DNA from: Polymyxa betae A26-41
Taxonomy: Eukaryota > Protista > Endomyxa: Phytomyxea
Length of the DNA: 64,000 bases
Assembly (NCBI GenBank): GCA_003693705.1
Contig: RBZT01000743.1
Span: 54,901-118,900, forward strand
Direction of reading: 5' to 3'
The notes beneath the pieces are model-generated. The model was given only the letters and a program-made list of their open reading frames with translations. It made no database searches and was not told the origin of the DNA. Each line of letters starts with the position of its first letter. Within the stretch, counting starts at the first letter, position 1. The translations under genes were made by a program, and so were the position numbers. Shown here one piece after another: positions 1 to 13,859 of the stretch.

Positions 1-1155
1 CAGCCTCATATGCTGCAAACCCGACTGAGTTTGTATCAAACATTCGCGCTTCGATTGAAGCTGCCAAGAAAAGACGACATGAACGAGTTGCTGCTGGTCC
101 TGCGACGACGTCTGCCACGGCATCTGGCCGTCGTACTGCTGCTGCCAACCGTCAACGTGCTGCTGTTATCACCGACATGGGTTTGTTCAAGTATTTTCTT
201 GCATTAGCTTTGAATGCTGAATTCTTTCAGGAACTGGAACGATGGAAGGTTCCAATTTTGGTGCTGACGATCAAGATTGGGAAGTGTACAGAGCTGTTGC
301 CAATCCCGAAAATGTTAGCTGTCGTGTTCGTTACAAAGGTTTTCATCAAATGCTGCTATAGACTGAGGATCCAGGACGGGAAAGTGAACGGGAAGATGCC
401 GAAGAGATCAAACGTCTTGAGAGTATCCTGATGGAATTCGCCCCGGATCAGTACGATTCAGCTTAATCGTGATAATCAATTGATTTGATGACGATTTCAT
501 TAGGGTAACTTCAGTGCAAGAGACTGCTGTATCGGTTCCTCGCGATTTACATCCAAAAATTAACCTCGGTGTGCACCGTATCAGGGCTCCTGAGATTCTA
601 TTCCAGCCGTCAATAATCGGAATTGGTTCGTTCCATGCTATTTAAAATTTTGCCTCTCGCCGTTTGGTCTAGATGACTAGATGATCGCATCAAATTGTTT
701 GTGACGTTTTTTTACAGATCAAGCTGGGATTGCCGAAGCAATCCAGATGGCTCTTCACCGCGTCGCTCCTGAGCAAGCTATTTTGATGTGCAAGAACACA
801 TTCATCTGCGGTGGAACCACACTGATTCCTGGCTTCTCTGATCGTCTGCTTGCGGAAATGACTAGCTTTCGGGCGATAGGAGATGACATTCGGGTTGTTA
901 GGGCGCTAGATCCGTCTCTAGATGCCTGGCGAGGTGCTGCGTCCTGGGGTCAAGCATCGCCTGTCTATGGTGAGGTTGTTTTGCATGTATTTGATGTTTC
1001 TGATGTGCTTCTCAGTATCGAGGTCTGAATACGAAGAATTTGGAGCTGATTATATTAAGGAGCATCGGTATGGGAATGTTTATGTCCCAACACGAAACCA
1101 GCCGGGCTCACCCAAACAGAAATTAACGCCCGTTGCTAAGCGCCAGCGACAGTAA
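1..1155 (+). CDS. ARP5: Actin-related protein 5 (INO80 complex), 3' part, multi-exon, 5' end outside window
   Basis: Spliced translation gives NFGADDQDWEVY (Arp5-type motif), RIRAPEILFQPSIIG, FICGGTTLIPGFSDRL and LDAWRGAA..SRSEYEEFGADYIKEH (actin-fold C-terminus); short GT-AG introns. Confidence 0.85.
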
Positions 1156-1503
1156 TGCGTCAAACTATTAATTATATATAAATATTTGACTTCAAACAAA
1201 CTGTACCCTGTTCAAATGATGCTTATGCGAGTCCAGACAAGCATTGGTCGGTTTCTGAAGCAAACTGTCATTATGGATGGAATTTCAACTCAAGGTTAAA
1301 GCAGGAAGCCACCCATAATTAAGACAGGAGCACTTTTTCCTGGATCCAAAACCTGATAACAAGTCTGTGTTGTAAAAGGGTTCACGCGACTACTTTAAAT
1401 CTTCCAAATCTCCAAAAATTCCGGAAATTTTCTGTCTCTCAGTTTGATGTACCTACCTATTCACTCTAAGAGTATAAACCTGAGTCGTGGGCTGAATGAT
1501 TAC

Positions 1504-4500
1504 ATGAATGATATTCATAATCAAGATGGCCAGCCCGTGCGTTCTGGACGATCATGGGCGCTCATGCAGTCGGATACCGAACAGACTATACCTGTCCAGG
1601 GCCCGACCCTGACCATCGGTCGGTTCCCCGATAACGATCTCGTCTTGGAGACGCCATCGTCAAGGTCGTATCTATTCTGTTTATTTACCCTGCCTTATCA
1701 ATCACCATTTCGAGAACTGTTTCTACAATTTTACGCTTTTTCAATACATTTGCACTTGTTCCACTCCATAATAATCTAATTTTGCTCTTTGCGATTTTCT
1801 TCTCAGTAGTTAGATTTTTCGCTTTATCGGCTTTGCAAAGTGCCTCGGACCATATTATTTCATTATTATCTTTAAATATTGAATCTGTGTTGCTCAGTAA
1901 TTTTCATGCTGTCATTATCGAAGGCGATGATGGTATCTGGTACATTACAGATCGTCATTCTAGTAATGGGACTTTACTCAATACCATTCGTCTCAAATCT
2001 GGACATTGTCATCCACTGCATTACGGCGATCGCCTCAAATTCACCAAATCCTTCGAGTCGGCGCCCGTCTTCACCGTCGTACCCGCCCCGGACGACTCCA
2101 TCGCTCACGATCCACGTCCAGCACCCGTACTGACCCAATCCGTTGGCGCAAGCGATTCGGACGATGGCTCCGTTGATTTCGCAGCCGACGCCGATGGGCG
2201 TACTGGCCGCCCGGCTGCTGTCCCGGATTCCGACGAACACCCGCTGGATCTGCCCGCTGTTGTTGGTGGCGACCGCCGTACTGGACCCGATGGTGTCGTT
2301 ATTGAGGAACGCCTCACTCGATCTCCTGTCATTGCGGATAGCCACGCCGATCGTGGTGATGACGGCGCCAATCATAGCGCAGGTGAGGCGTCTGGTCACG
2401 TTGATCATGATGGCGACAGCCGCGATGTTGTAGATCTAACGGGGTCGCCCGAAAGAAAACGTCGTCGAGAAGACCCTCGACCGAATCTTGGCAAGGTTGA
2501 CGACTATCGCTGCGTGATCTGCGGCGAGCTGCCATTGGCGATGGCAGAAGAAGAATGCGATCTGGATCTGGTGCAAGTTGTGCCATGTCGACATCATTTT
2601 CATCGTGGATGTATCAATATATGGCTGGAGACGCGTGCTGCTCAACCGACCTGCCCGAGCTGTCGGACCCGCGTTGATCGTGTTGAAACGCTTCTTCTAA
2701 TCCATCAACATGCCTCGTTACTACGACAAGAACGTCAGTATGAGATCGAGTTACAGATCGGCGATTCATCTGCCAACGGTATCAGCGAATCGATTGAAGC
2801 TTATCTGGAGGCATTTCGCCGTTTTAAAGATAGCAGGTAATTTGCATTCTTTGAAACTGATTTCCTTCTGTATTGAAATCCTCGTGATGCTTCTCTGCAA
2901 ATTTTTCTCTGACAACTCTTAATTCTGTCATTTTAGATCGACTGCTGAAAGGTTCGATGCCAGAATGCTGGCCCATCTTAATACGGCCGGCACGACCGCA
3001 CTGGCCCGATTATCCGGGTTAGCGGCCACGCCGCAGCTCATGCTGCAGGCAATCGGCGACATTCTCGAGGGCGTATTCGATGGCGATGACGATCTCGCTT
3101 CGCTGTACGAGGTCGGTGCACTTCCGGCAGCCGTGCTCGCCCTGTTGGGCCAGCTCGGCGTTCTCTGGGTCCAGACCGCTCTGTCCTATGATACGCCGGT
3201 CGATCCGCAATCCTTTCAGCAACTCCTTCGGGATGTTTCATTGCCGCCATCATTACGAGATCTGATCAACGCCTCGTCACGGCCTTGGTCCGACTCGGAT
3301 CTCCAATCGTGTCTGCGGGGCGATACGACGCCGTCCGCCTCGATCCGCGAACCCGAACCGATCGCTCGGAAGCGGTTCGAGATCCTGCTGGACCAGAACC
3401 TGAAATCCGATGCTGCCAATTACGCTGCGAGTCAGGGCCTACACGCTGAATCATGCCTGATCTGGGCCCAGATGCGTCAGATCGATCTGTTGACAGACCC
3501 GGGCCGTATCACATCGTTATCATGGACGCATCGTGCACAGGTTATGGCGGCCCTCCAAGACGTCGTGGGTTCATCATCCGACGATTTCGTGTTTCGCTTC
3601 ACACGGACGGTTTTCGATACGGATCGGGTGCCGGCTGGGCCTGTACCACCGACCGATACTTCCCATGTCGTCGCGTTACTGGTTGCGTATCTGCGCTCTG
3701 CACCACGTCATGATCTGAAACATTCACTGGCGAATTGTTCGAAATTTCTATCTTGTATGATGAAGGTTGATATGATGTATGGAGTATTGGAACAGCTGGT
3801 CAGTATTAATCCAACAGCTGCTTCATTCCTCGCCTGTGATATCGCCTCACTATTAGCGCCGACGATTAAGTCTCGTTCTGATGATCGACTCGATCTGGCA
3901 TCTGTTTGCAATACCGATTCACAACACGATGGTTTATCTTTGGATCGTGTGCTGCAGCTAATAATCACGATTGTATCGAGCCACGGCGACCTGCAACGAC
4001 AACAATCTCTGGTTGATGTTCTCTGCAGGGTTCCACCTCGCCCATCGCTCATTCTATCGTTAACGAAGAGGTTCATGAAAGTTGGCGTTCGAGGTCATCC
4101 GCTCGCCTGGCAGCTACTTCGATCTGCGGATCTGTCGAGATTCACCTCCACCGAGATCACCCATATCTCCAATATCGCACAGCAGCTGGAAGCCGGAGGC
4201 GTCACCGCCCAGGATTCCGCCCCCGAATTCTATCTCGCGCTATTCAAGCGGCGCCCGTCGAGGGCGAATTTCAACCGGTTTAGCGACCAAGCCGTGGTGC
4301 GCGATGCGGTCGAATGGCTGCGAGCTATTCCGCCTTCGGATCACAGTTTGGAGTCGGTCTCAATTCTAATTGATAATGTCGGCGATGATCAACAAATCGC
4401 CGATATTGTCAAAGAATGCGTTCTGCATGAGACGTTTCCGTTCGTTCAAGATCCGAGATTTTACTGCCATCTGATTGCGAATTCGAACGTTCAGGCTTGG

Positions 4501-4884
4501 TTGATGAAGGTCCCATCGGCTGTCGGCACCAAAGTGATCACAATCTGCGGGCAGCTGATGGCGAGCAGCGTCCTGTTGGGAGACGGGAACGCCGGCTCAG
4601 GGCTGCCGAAACTGATCGATGATGCGCCCGAGGCTCTCTCGGCCCGGATCTATGAATGTGCTTGCCGAATGGCGTTAGAGCAATATCATGATGGGAAGAT
4701 CACATCCCGATCTAAACGCAACCTGATTCGCCCTTGGATTCATCGTCTGAGATCGCTCTGTCTGGTATCGGATAGCAAAGCTCGCTGGACGGGTTTCCAG
4801 AATACGTCGATGCGGACGTTGAAACCCACCGATCCGCTCTATCGCGAACTTCGATCCGCCGGCCTGTTTAATGCCATTGTCTAG
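1504..4884 (+). CDS. FHA + RING-H2 E3 ubiquitin ligase with long helical C-terminal region (CHFR/RNF8-like N-terminal architecture)
   Basis: FHA motifs TIGR, S.NFHAVI, DRHSSNGT; RING-H2 CVIC..PCRHHFHRGCI..W..CPSCR; intron 2837-2936 (GT..AG) joins ORF 1782-2840 in frame to ORF 2965-4884. Confidence 0.75.
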
Positions 4885-4899
4885 TTGCAAGCGTTGCAT

Positions 4900-6193
4900 T
4901 AGCAGCTTTGGCTAAAGTTGCTCATTGAAATACGGGTGTCTTTCTGATGGTGCGGACGCCAGATTTGAGGTAGCAGCATCGAATGTTGATTCTATTCGCA
5001 AGCCATCCCATCCTACGGCTCATCAATTCATATTCTTTTTTGTCGCATAGTTTTCATCAATCTGCACTCAGTTTGCCAGATGTCCCATGATCAGTTGAAA
5101 TCGCAATCACTGATGCTATGTATGAAGAAGTTTGGCTAGGCGGATACACCTGCTGATGCATCGCAGAGGATGCTGCACAGACAAGCAAATCAAATTTTAT
5201 GTTGAATGGCAATTTAAATTGATAAACGTCAAGAACTTTCAGCGAAGGTTTTCTTCTGATATCAAGTCTGCTATGTTGAAGGATTTCAGTTTGCGAAGCG
5301 TCTTTTCTGTATCTGGGCGGTCTGTTTGGTGCCGGATTATTGCTCGATTATCTCTGCTCGGCAACATAACCACCTATGAATCGATAAGAATACGGCTTCT
5401 GTCTGGTCAAACCAATGATAAAAAAGAGAGACATCTCAATGCCAATGTCTGAGCTATAATCAGAAGAGGCTTGAAGTTCAAAACACAGAACCAACTTTCA
5501 TCGACAGGTAGGTTGGGGTCAGCGCCGAGATTCAGGTCCTTCTTTTTCACAACCAAAACCTCGAATGATGGCTTTAGCCACTAAATTACAATGTGTCCGG
5601 ACACAGGTTCAACATTAAAGGCAATGATATCCAGAGTGTATAACATTTGGCGGAAGCACATGTTGGGAACTTCCATCAAGGCATTTCACCTCGACTGTCC
5701 TAGTACCGACACGGCTGAAATAACAGATCAGAAATCTTCAAGCAGATTATGTCTCCTTCGGCGTCGTCCAACGCTGATCTGAGCGTTATTCTCCAAAATC
5801 ACAATTTACAAAATAAGAAAGATTACATGGCATACTTTTGGACAAAGGTGGATGACGTTTCGACGCTGTTAGCGGCCGTTAACGCTCGACACCGGACAAT
5901 ATGATAAATACTGCACCTGATAGAGTTGGGATGATCATCCACACCCTGAACTTACTGAAAAGTAAAATGGGATGAAGTTGTTGGCCTATTCGGAATCTTT
6001 CTGGTGAGTTTAGCAACGTGCTGGTGCCAGTCAGCTGACACCCTCGTCGATCACAGTATACTACTTGGGCAGATATATTCTCCCGATGTATTCCTTAATT
6101 CACCCGGACGGAGCCACTATAGCAAAGGGATAAACAAACACATGAGACATGTCGCATCAGCCTCGCCTTCGGTGGACGGCGATCACAAACCAT
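4900..6193 (-). CDS. Possible multi-exon hypothetical protein (boundaries uncertain)
   Basis: Minus-strand open segments separated by short GT..AG intervals (e.g. CSIYHIVRCRALTAANSVETSSTFVQK / ITLRSALDDAEGDIICLKISDLLFQ); no family recognised, full model not resolved. Confidence 0.3.
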
Positions 6194-6435
6194 TTACAGA
6201 GAGCAGCCGTAACCTTCAGCTGGCTACGTTGCCGATCGATTCAAAAAAATTCAGCGCGAGGCCAAAATTACAGTCAAATGGAACAAATATTCTATGATAC
6301 TTGGTGACGTTGGTTTGGTGCACACGGTAATCGAAGGATAACAATTCATAAGGCGAATCAAAACGGCAAAAAAATTGCAGCCAGAAAAGCAACCGCGCTC
6401 AACTAAGTCAATAAAACTATCGATACAACAAGCCG

Positions 6436-9400
6436 TCACGACTTCCGGCGCTTTATTCTCGGTTTTGTGGCCGAGTTACTAGGACCCAATTCAACACGGC
6501 CCTGGTAGGCCGCTTGTTCGCGGTCCAGGACGGCCTCAAGCGCGTCTAGGTCGCGAAGCCATATGGCCGAAGGCGTGTCGCTGCGCAGGCCGTCAAATCG
6601 TTCCTGAGTGCAGTCCAGATCGGCTCGCAGACTGCGAACACGTTCGTCTGTGAGAGCCCAGAGCGGCATTGATAGAAGATAGTCGTACGACCCATTATAT
6701 AGACGATATCCATGACGGTCCAGTTCATCAATCAGTTCGGCGCGGGTTCGATTACGGACCGGTAGCTGGTCACTGATGACAGCGTCGACGAAACGGACGC
6801 GATTGCGGATCAGATCGAGCTCATGGGCGGCCTTCTGCTCCAGATGTTGTTTACGACGCCGGTAGAAATCAAGACGCAGATCGTAGAACTCGTCGATGAT
6901 GTCGGCGACGTTGGTGTAGCGATGAAGAGCACCGGAAAGATCGAACAGAACCATGTTGGTGATTGGAATAGAGGCGGTCAGGCGAAGAGCGTGCGTTAGA
7001 CGATCATCATTCAATTGCAGCAATGCAGGACCGAGTTTCAATACAAATCGGACACGATCATCTGTATGATGGGCCGTGTATGAGACAACACGACCAGATC
7101 CTACCAGACCGTCTAGGAACTGCTTGTACGATTCTGTAGTACGACCTGCCGGCAACTCCGTGATCTCGACTGTATCTGGACAGATCATAGTATAACAGCC
7201 GATACATTGATACTTGGTTACATTCCCATTCTAATACGGAATATTAGAATCAATGCAACAAACAGAATCAATGAATGCAATATCCGGAAAGCAGTGAAGC
7301 ATTGATGTTGGAACAATGAGAGACACATCAACAAACAGAACAAGAAAACGAATTCGCGTACGGCATCAGTAGCATGCGGGACGATCTGACCCTGGAATCC
7401 GCGATACGACGGAACCAGCGATGGGGGGTCGTGCCGACCCTCGATCCGGTCACGGAGCAGCTGAATGATCTGGCGCGGGTCGTGATTCGGGATGTTGGAC
7501 GACCACCCGGTCCCGATCCCCTGAGACCCTGATCAATGCCGTGTTGATTCTGTTCCGGGAGTTGGCGATTGCCACCAAACCATCACGTACCATTAACAAT
7601 GGCCAAAGGAATGATGGGAACGAACCAGTGCGGCTCAATGCGCATATCATCATCATAGGCGTAGCTCAGCAGAGCGTCATCACTGGCAGGGAACAGGGCA
7701 CTGACAAGAGTTTAGGGTTTTAGGGTTTCGGCGTCACAGCACTGACCGGGCCGATGCTGCCAGGCACGTGTAGATGTATCGGGCAGAGGCCGCATCCTTG
7801 CCGCCCCCATGCCGCGTCCCGAACTGCCCGTTCGGGGCCAGTACGTTGATATTGTTGCTGCCAACATAGTCCTGGGCCAGTCCGACGATCGATTGGCACA
7901 GGGCCACCTCGCCGTGATGGTACGCTGTATGTTCTATGTGGATCCGTTAGTGACGAGTGCGAGCCAGTGGCCAGTATGACCTTACCGGCAACATAACCTG
8001 CCAGCTGTGCGACCTTGATCTCATCTACGAGATTACGTTTGAAACACGCATACAAGATCTTACGTTGTCCAGGTTTAAGTCCATCAGCTAAAGCTGGAAT
8101 AGATCTAATATTATCGGCCATTGAATATAATACCAATTCTTTGTTGATGAAATCCGATAATGTTATACGACCTGGTGAACAACAAATTAACACACAGAGA
8201 AGTGCCCAAAACCAATCGAGTGAACTCAATACGAAATCGTTACATGATTACTCAACCGTCTGGAGTAAAATGTGTGACAAATACATGAACATATGAAGAA
8301 TATGTTGTTACCTTTAGAATAATCTATATATGTATGAGGTTCAAGTTTATGTAACCAGTCCTTTCTATCATTTGACCGTGTAGAATTGAAACATAAATCG
8401 ATGAGATCATCATCAATCTCAGACGAGCCAAATTCAAATTCAACCCGATGTCTGGGAAGATCACTAAAATATTGCTTGGCCTCCGCACTCGTACTGGTCC
8501 CTACGTAGTACAACCCCATACGGAATCAATCGCTGAATAACGTCATCCTGGTTTCGATCAACTGACCGAGTCCTTTGTAGTATTTAGCACGCCAATCTGG
8601 ATGTTGTTCTCGCCAGGCGTGGAACTCAGGTAGCGTGAAGAACTGCGCCGTGCTGGTCCCGCGCCGGGCACAGACAATGGGTGTCACGAACTGTGTCAGA
8701 AACCCAGGAATGCGTAATAGTTCGGGCCAGAAATGGTGCAGGATGTTGATGAAGAGACCCTGGAAAAGTAAACCCTAAAACCCTAGCAGGACGATCCCAG
8801 GACCCACGGACCTTGATATGGGACCCATCATGATCCTGATCAGCCATCAGCATAACCGACCCGTAACGCAGGTCGGCCACGGAGTCGTACCGCCTCCCGG
8901 TCTGCAGTCCCAAGATCCGCTTGATGGCCAGGAATTCCTGCACAGTCATGAATTGGGCGCGTCCAGTCTAACGGGCAGTCGTGCTGGACCTGATTTTCAA
9001 GGAGCTGTGCTGGTGTGGCCTCCCGGACATTGAGAATCTTTCCACGTAACGGATACACCCCGAATGTATCACGTCCAAGTACAGATAGCCCGCTAACAGC
9101 CAACGCCTTGGCAGAATCTCCTTCTGTGATTATCAGGCAGCATTCGGACGAACGTTTCCCACCAGCCCAATTGGCATCATCGAGTTTCGGGACCAGAACC
9201 TAGAGAGGAGTGGCGTGTTACAAACACTGCAGGAGCCAGGACCTGGTTGCAAACCTGGCGTCGTTTACGTCCGTCTGTCTTCTTGAGTATACGACCATGC
9301 GATTGCTGAGCGGCTTCCATCAATGTACTCATGATCGCATCATTATTGGTGATCTCCTGAATATTCGATCTATTCAATGTGAGATCATCTTTGAATGATG

Positions 9401-10841
9401 TCACATTCATTGTTAATCGCTCCTGCAAAATGTATCAGCATAACGACCATATTGAATTATTGATAGAACTTGGCAGAAAGTGACACTGAAGATGGTCCAA
9501 AAAATGGAATAAATCCCTTATACAGGTAAACCCGACCTTGGATTGTGATTCAAATTCTGGATTGGGAACGTGTCCGATCAGGAACAGATGCAGGCAGTCG
9601 CGGACCCGGTGCGGGGCCAGTACGCGCGGTGCCCGATGCGGGAGCCGGGCCAGTGCGTCCAACAGCGCCGTCCGGACCTGGCCCAGGACCAGGTCGACAT
9701 GAGTGCCGCCGTCCAGCGTCGCGACATTGTTCACGAAACTGGCGTGCTGGAACCGCCCGGCGGTACTGGCCCCCAGCGCCAGCCGCCAGTTCGGTCCCAG
9801 GTCCGTGACGGTGAACTCGGCGGGATCCAGGCCGTCATGCAGGCCGATGTACGCGGGCAGCGACGGACATTGTACGACGGTGCCATTCAAGCGGACCCGC
9901 AGGTCCGGGTGACAGGCGGCCATGTCCACGACCCGGCGCCGCATCAGGGCCAGTATGGCCGAATCGAGACGATCACAGCGGAATCGAGCGAGATCCGGGC
10001 GGAATGTGATCCGGGTCCAGCTGTGAGCTTCATCAGGACGACGCGATCGTTCGGTGATTTCCGGAGCGGATCGGACTGCCATGTTGTCTGTGAATCGTTG
10101 ACGGAATTCGAGGTCGCGATCGCCGTCGTACAGCTCAACGATGAACTCGCGCGAGAAGATGTTCACGAGTTTGGCGCCGTATCTAGGGTTTCGGGGTTAG
10201 GGTTCGCCCCAGCACGGACGCAGACCTCACATACCCATGTCGGCCTCCTGTAAATCTCACGACATCATCATCATAATTACTGGACGTCAACAGGTTGCCG
10301 AATAACAATTCCGGGACGTACCTGCCCATCACATATTCAAACCAAGTCAACATGACGAAAGCAGGAAACTGACATATTCTCAGTACTATGCATGACGACA
10401 GGTAGGGCCAGACCATCATTCTCTATCGAGATCGTACTGGCCCCCTCATCAAAATGAACATCAATATAGGTCATAGGATGTGATGTATCAGAATCACGAC
10501 ATCGATTATCAGCTGCATTGACGAGAATCTCATCGAACAGTTTATACAAGGCCGGGATGTATCGGATTGTGTCGGAGACAATACGATCGTGATCCCAGAT
10601 CCATAATGTGCGCTCCTGTATGGTGAATGGACCGACATACACCTCAGGACGTAGCAGAATCTGAACCAACGGCGGTCAGATTCAGATCGTTGCATGGACC
10701 AGGCGATGTCCGAACATGCTCGCGGGGCGATTTCCGCTGGTATCGAGTCACGATCGCCTCGGCGGCCGACGCCACAGTCGATTCTGGTCGGTATGACGAC
10801 TGCAACGGCCGGCGAAGGTATCGCCATGGGCGGTGGATCAT
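6436..10841 (-). CDS. TOP2: DNA topoisomerase II (type IIA), multi-exon
   Basis: [30 protein letters not shown] (GHKL ATPase), [31 protein letters not shown] (TOPRIM), [17 protein letters not shown] (catalytic Tyr). Confidence 0.97.
7711..7728. repeat. Telomere-type repeat (TTTAGGG TTTTAGGG) inside TOP2 intron 7701-7746
   Basis: tttagggttttagggttt read directly. Confidence 0.85.
8770..8786. repeat. Telomere-type repeat inside TOP2 intron 8760-8811
   Basis: aaaccctaaaaccctag read directly. Confidence 0.85.
10183..10204. repeat. Degenerate telomere-type repeat forming the 3' end of TOP2 intron 10183-10234
   Basis: ctagggtttcggggttagggtt; sense strand AACCCTAACCCCGAAACCCTAG|. Confidence 0.8.
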
Positions 10842-11271
10842 TAGAATGATGAAGCACCCAGCACAATGTTACAATCACGAAGGATGCTCCAAAAAACTCC
10901 GTAATGACGAGTTGGACCGATATAACGATTCAGTTAACAAGTTACGTTACCGACACTGATTATGCCATTATGGATCCCAATCAACGTATGAACAATATCT
11001 CGACCGTAGGTGCATCACTAACCCCTAAACCCTAACTAAGCAGTTGCAATCAGAATATGCTGGAACCTGGATCTATTTTACCTGCAAAGTTTTGCAAAAA
11101 ACTTGTTATTCTTCGGTGCATTGCACGCGCTACGCTTGTGCAAGTTACTGGGAAACTGATTAGTTGAACTACGCATAGGCGACCATACAATCAAATGAAG
11201 CGAGAAAATAGTTATTTATATTAATATAGGAATGAAGATGCGAATAATATACAGTAAAGGGACTTTGTTGT

Positions 11272-12318
<1,047 letters not shown>

Positions 12319-12604
12319 GCCCCAGGACCTCTCAAGTAATCAGGCAGAACTTCCTTATTTATTATGTTGTTCATGCCATTCCATCAATCTTGTTTATATC
12401 AGCCAATAAATATTTCAATATATAAATCATTCAATTTTATCAGCTTTGAGGTAGTCGAAACGCACTGAGTCATAGCGTCTATCTGAAAGAGTTTATAAAA
12501 ATTCGATCGGACCGAGAAAAATCCCGAAACTCTCATAGATCCAGTACGACTGCGACTGCTACTGGATCGAATTCCGGGATCGATCCCGAGGTGGGCAGCT
12601 GGCA

Positions 12605-13392
12605 ATGCAGCGTTTCTTCGGTAAGAAGAAGGACGCAGATCCGCCTGTATCGCTGGATGATGCGGCGGCCAGCATGGAGGCACGTGGTGGTCAGCTTGAG
12701 ACCAAGATCCGGAAATTGGATCAAGAGCTGAATGGGCATAAGAACGCCCTGGCTCAAGCCAAGACGCCGGGCGCTAAGCAGCTGATCAAACAGAAGGCGA
12801 TGCGCGTACTGAAGCAGAAGCGCATGCTGGAGAAGCAGTTGGAGACGATGCAGAATCAGCAGATGAATATTGATCAGACCCGGTTAACACAGGCTGGTCT
12901 GCAGGATTCTGTCACTATGGTTCAGGCTATGACAGTCGCCAATAAGCAGCTCAAGCAGCAGGTTACATTTGACGAACTGTTTCTGTTTATCAACGTTTTT
13001 TATCTGTCGTCTGGGAGCGCAAAACTCTTTGAAAACTGTTGAAGCAATTTTGTGCTCGTCGTCTGATTCATTATTGGGTTTAGATGAAGACGATTAAGCT
13101 CGAAGAAGTGGAAGACCTGCGTGATGATATTGAGGACCTGATGGAAGACGCCGAGGCCATGAATGAGGTCCTGGGACAAACGTTCGGAGTCCCGAACGAT
13201 GTCAACGAGGATGATTTAATGAACGAACTAGATGCTCTAGATGACGAACTCCTCCAAGAGCAAGAGCAGGAACAGGCCCCAGATTACCTGAACGACGCCC
13301 TACAGCAGACGGCAAACGGTACCGCCGTTAAAGAGACCGATAAAAGACCACAGCTGCAGACCAATTACATCACGGTCGACCATGATGCCTAA
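12605..13392 (+). CDS. VPS60: ESCRT-III Snf7-family protein, CHMP5/Vps60
   Basis: MQRFFGKKK, KQKAMRVLKQKRM, EDLRDDIEDLMEDAEAMNEVLG, NEDDLMNELDAL; intron 12962-13083. Confidence 0.88.
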
Positions 13393-13859
13393 GCCGATAT
13401 CATAATCATTGATTGGGACCATTCCCCCCTTCATCCAACATAAAACATTTCAAATGTCTACTTGGAAACTGGAAAACTTCACGCAACCTTTTGCATAGCG
13501 CTGTTCAAAATTTGCGCACCCGCCGTCGACTTTTACTCACTCGCGCAATTTTCAAAGCCGGTGCTGGCTCGCACAGGAAGGGAAACTGAAACTGTACATT
13601 ATGAGATTGGCACATTTCTGTCCTGTCAAAATTTTGATCTTTTTACGAAAGATCGTCAACAACGTACATTCAGTTTTGAGATTCGTGCTGTGCTCTGACC
13701 GGTTCAGTTTGAAAACCAGCTTCATCAGCACATTTTGTGACAGCGCAAATGTCGAAAACAAGTTGGCTTTTTTTATGAAAAAGCGCGCTCCGCCGAACCG
13801 CCGTACTCTGTCTGTTTTGAGGCTGTTTGATCCAGCGACCTGTCTATTCGCCTATTGCC

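Noticed and set aside
9545-10253. Long + strand ORFs (227 aa, 87 aa) opposite TOP2, and similar antisense ORFs over LeuRS and DBT
   Set aside because: Shadow ORFs expected from GC-rich codon usage on the coding strand
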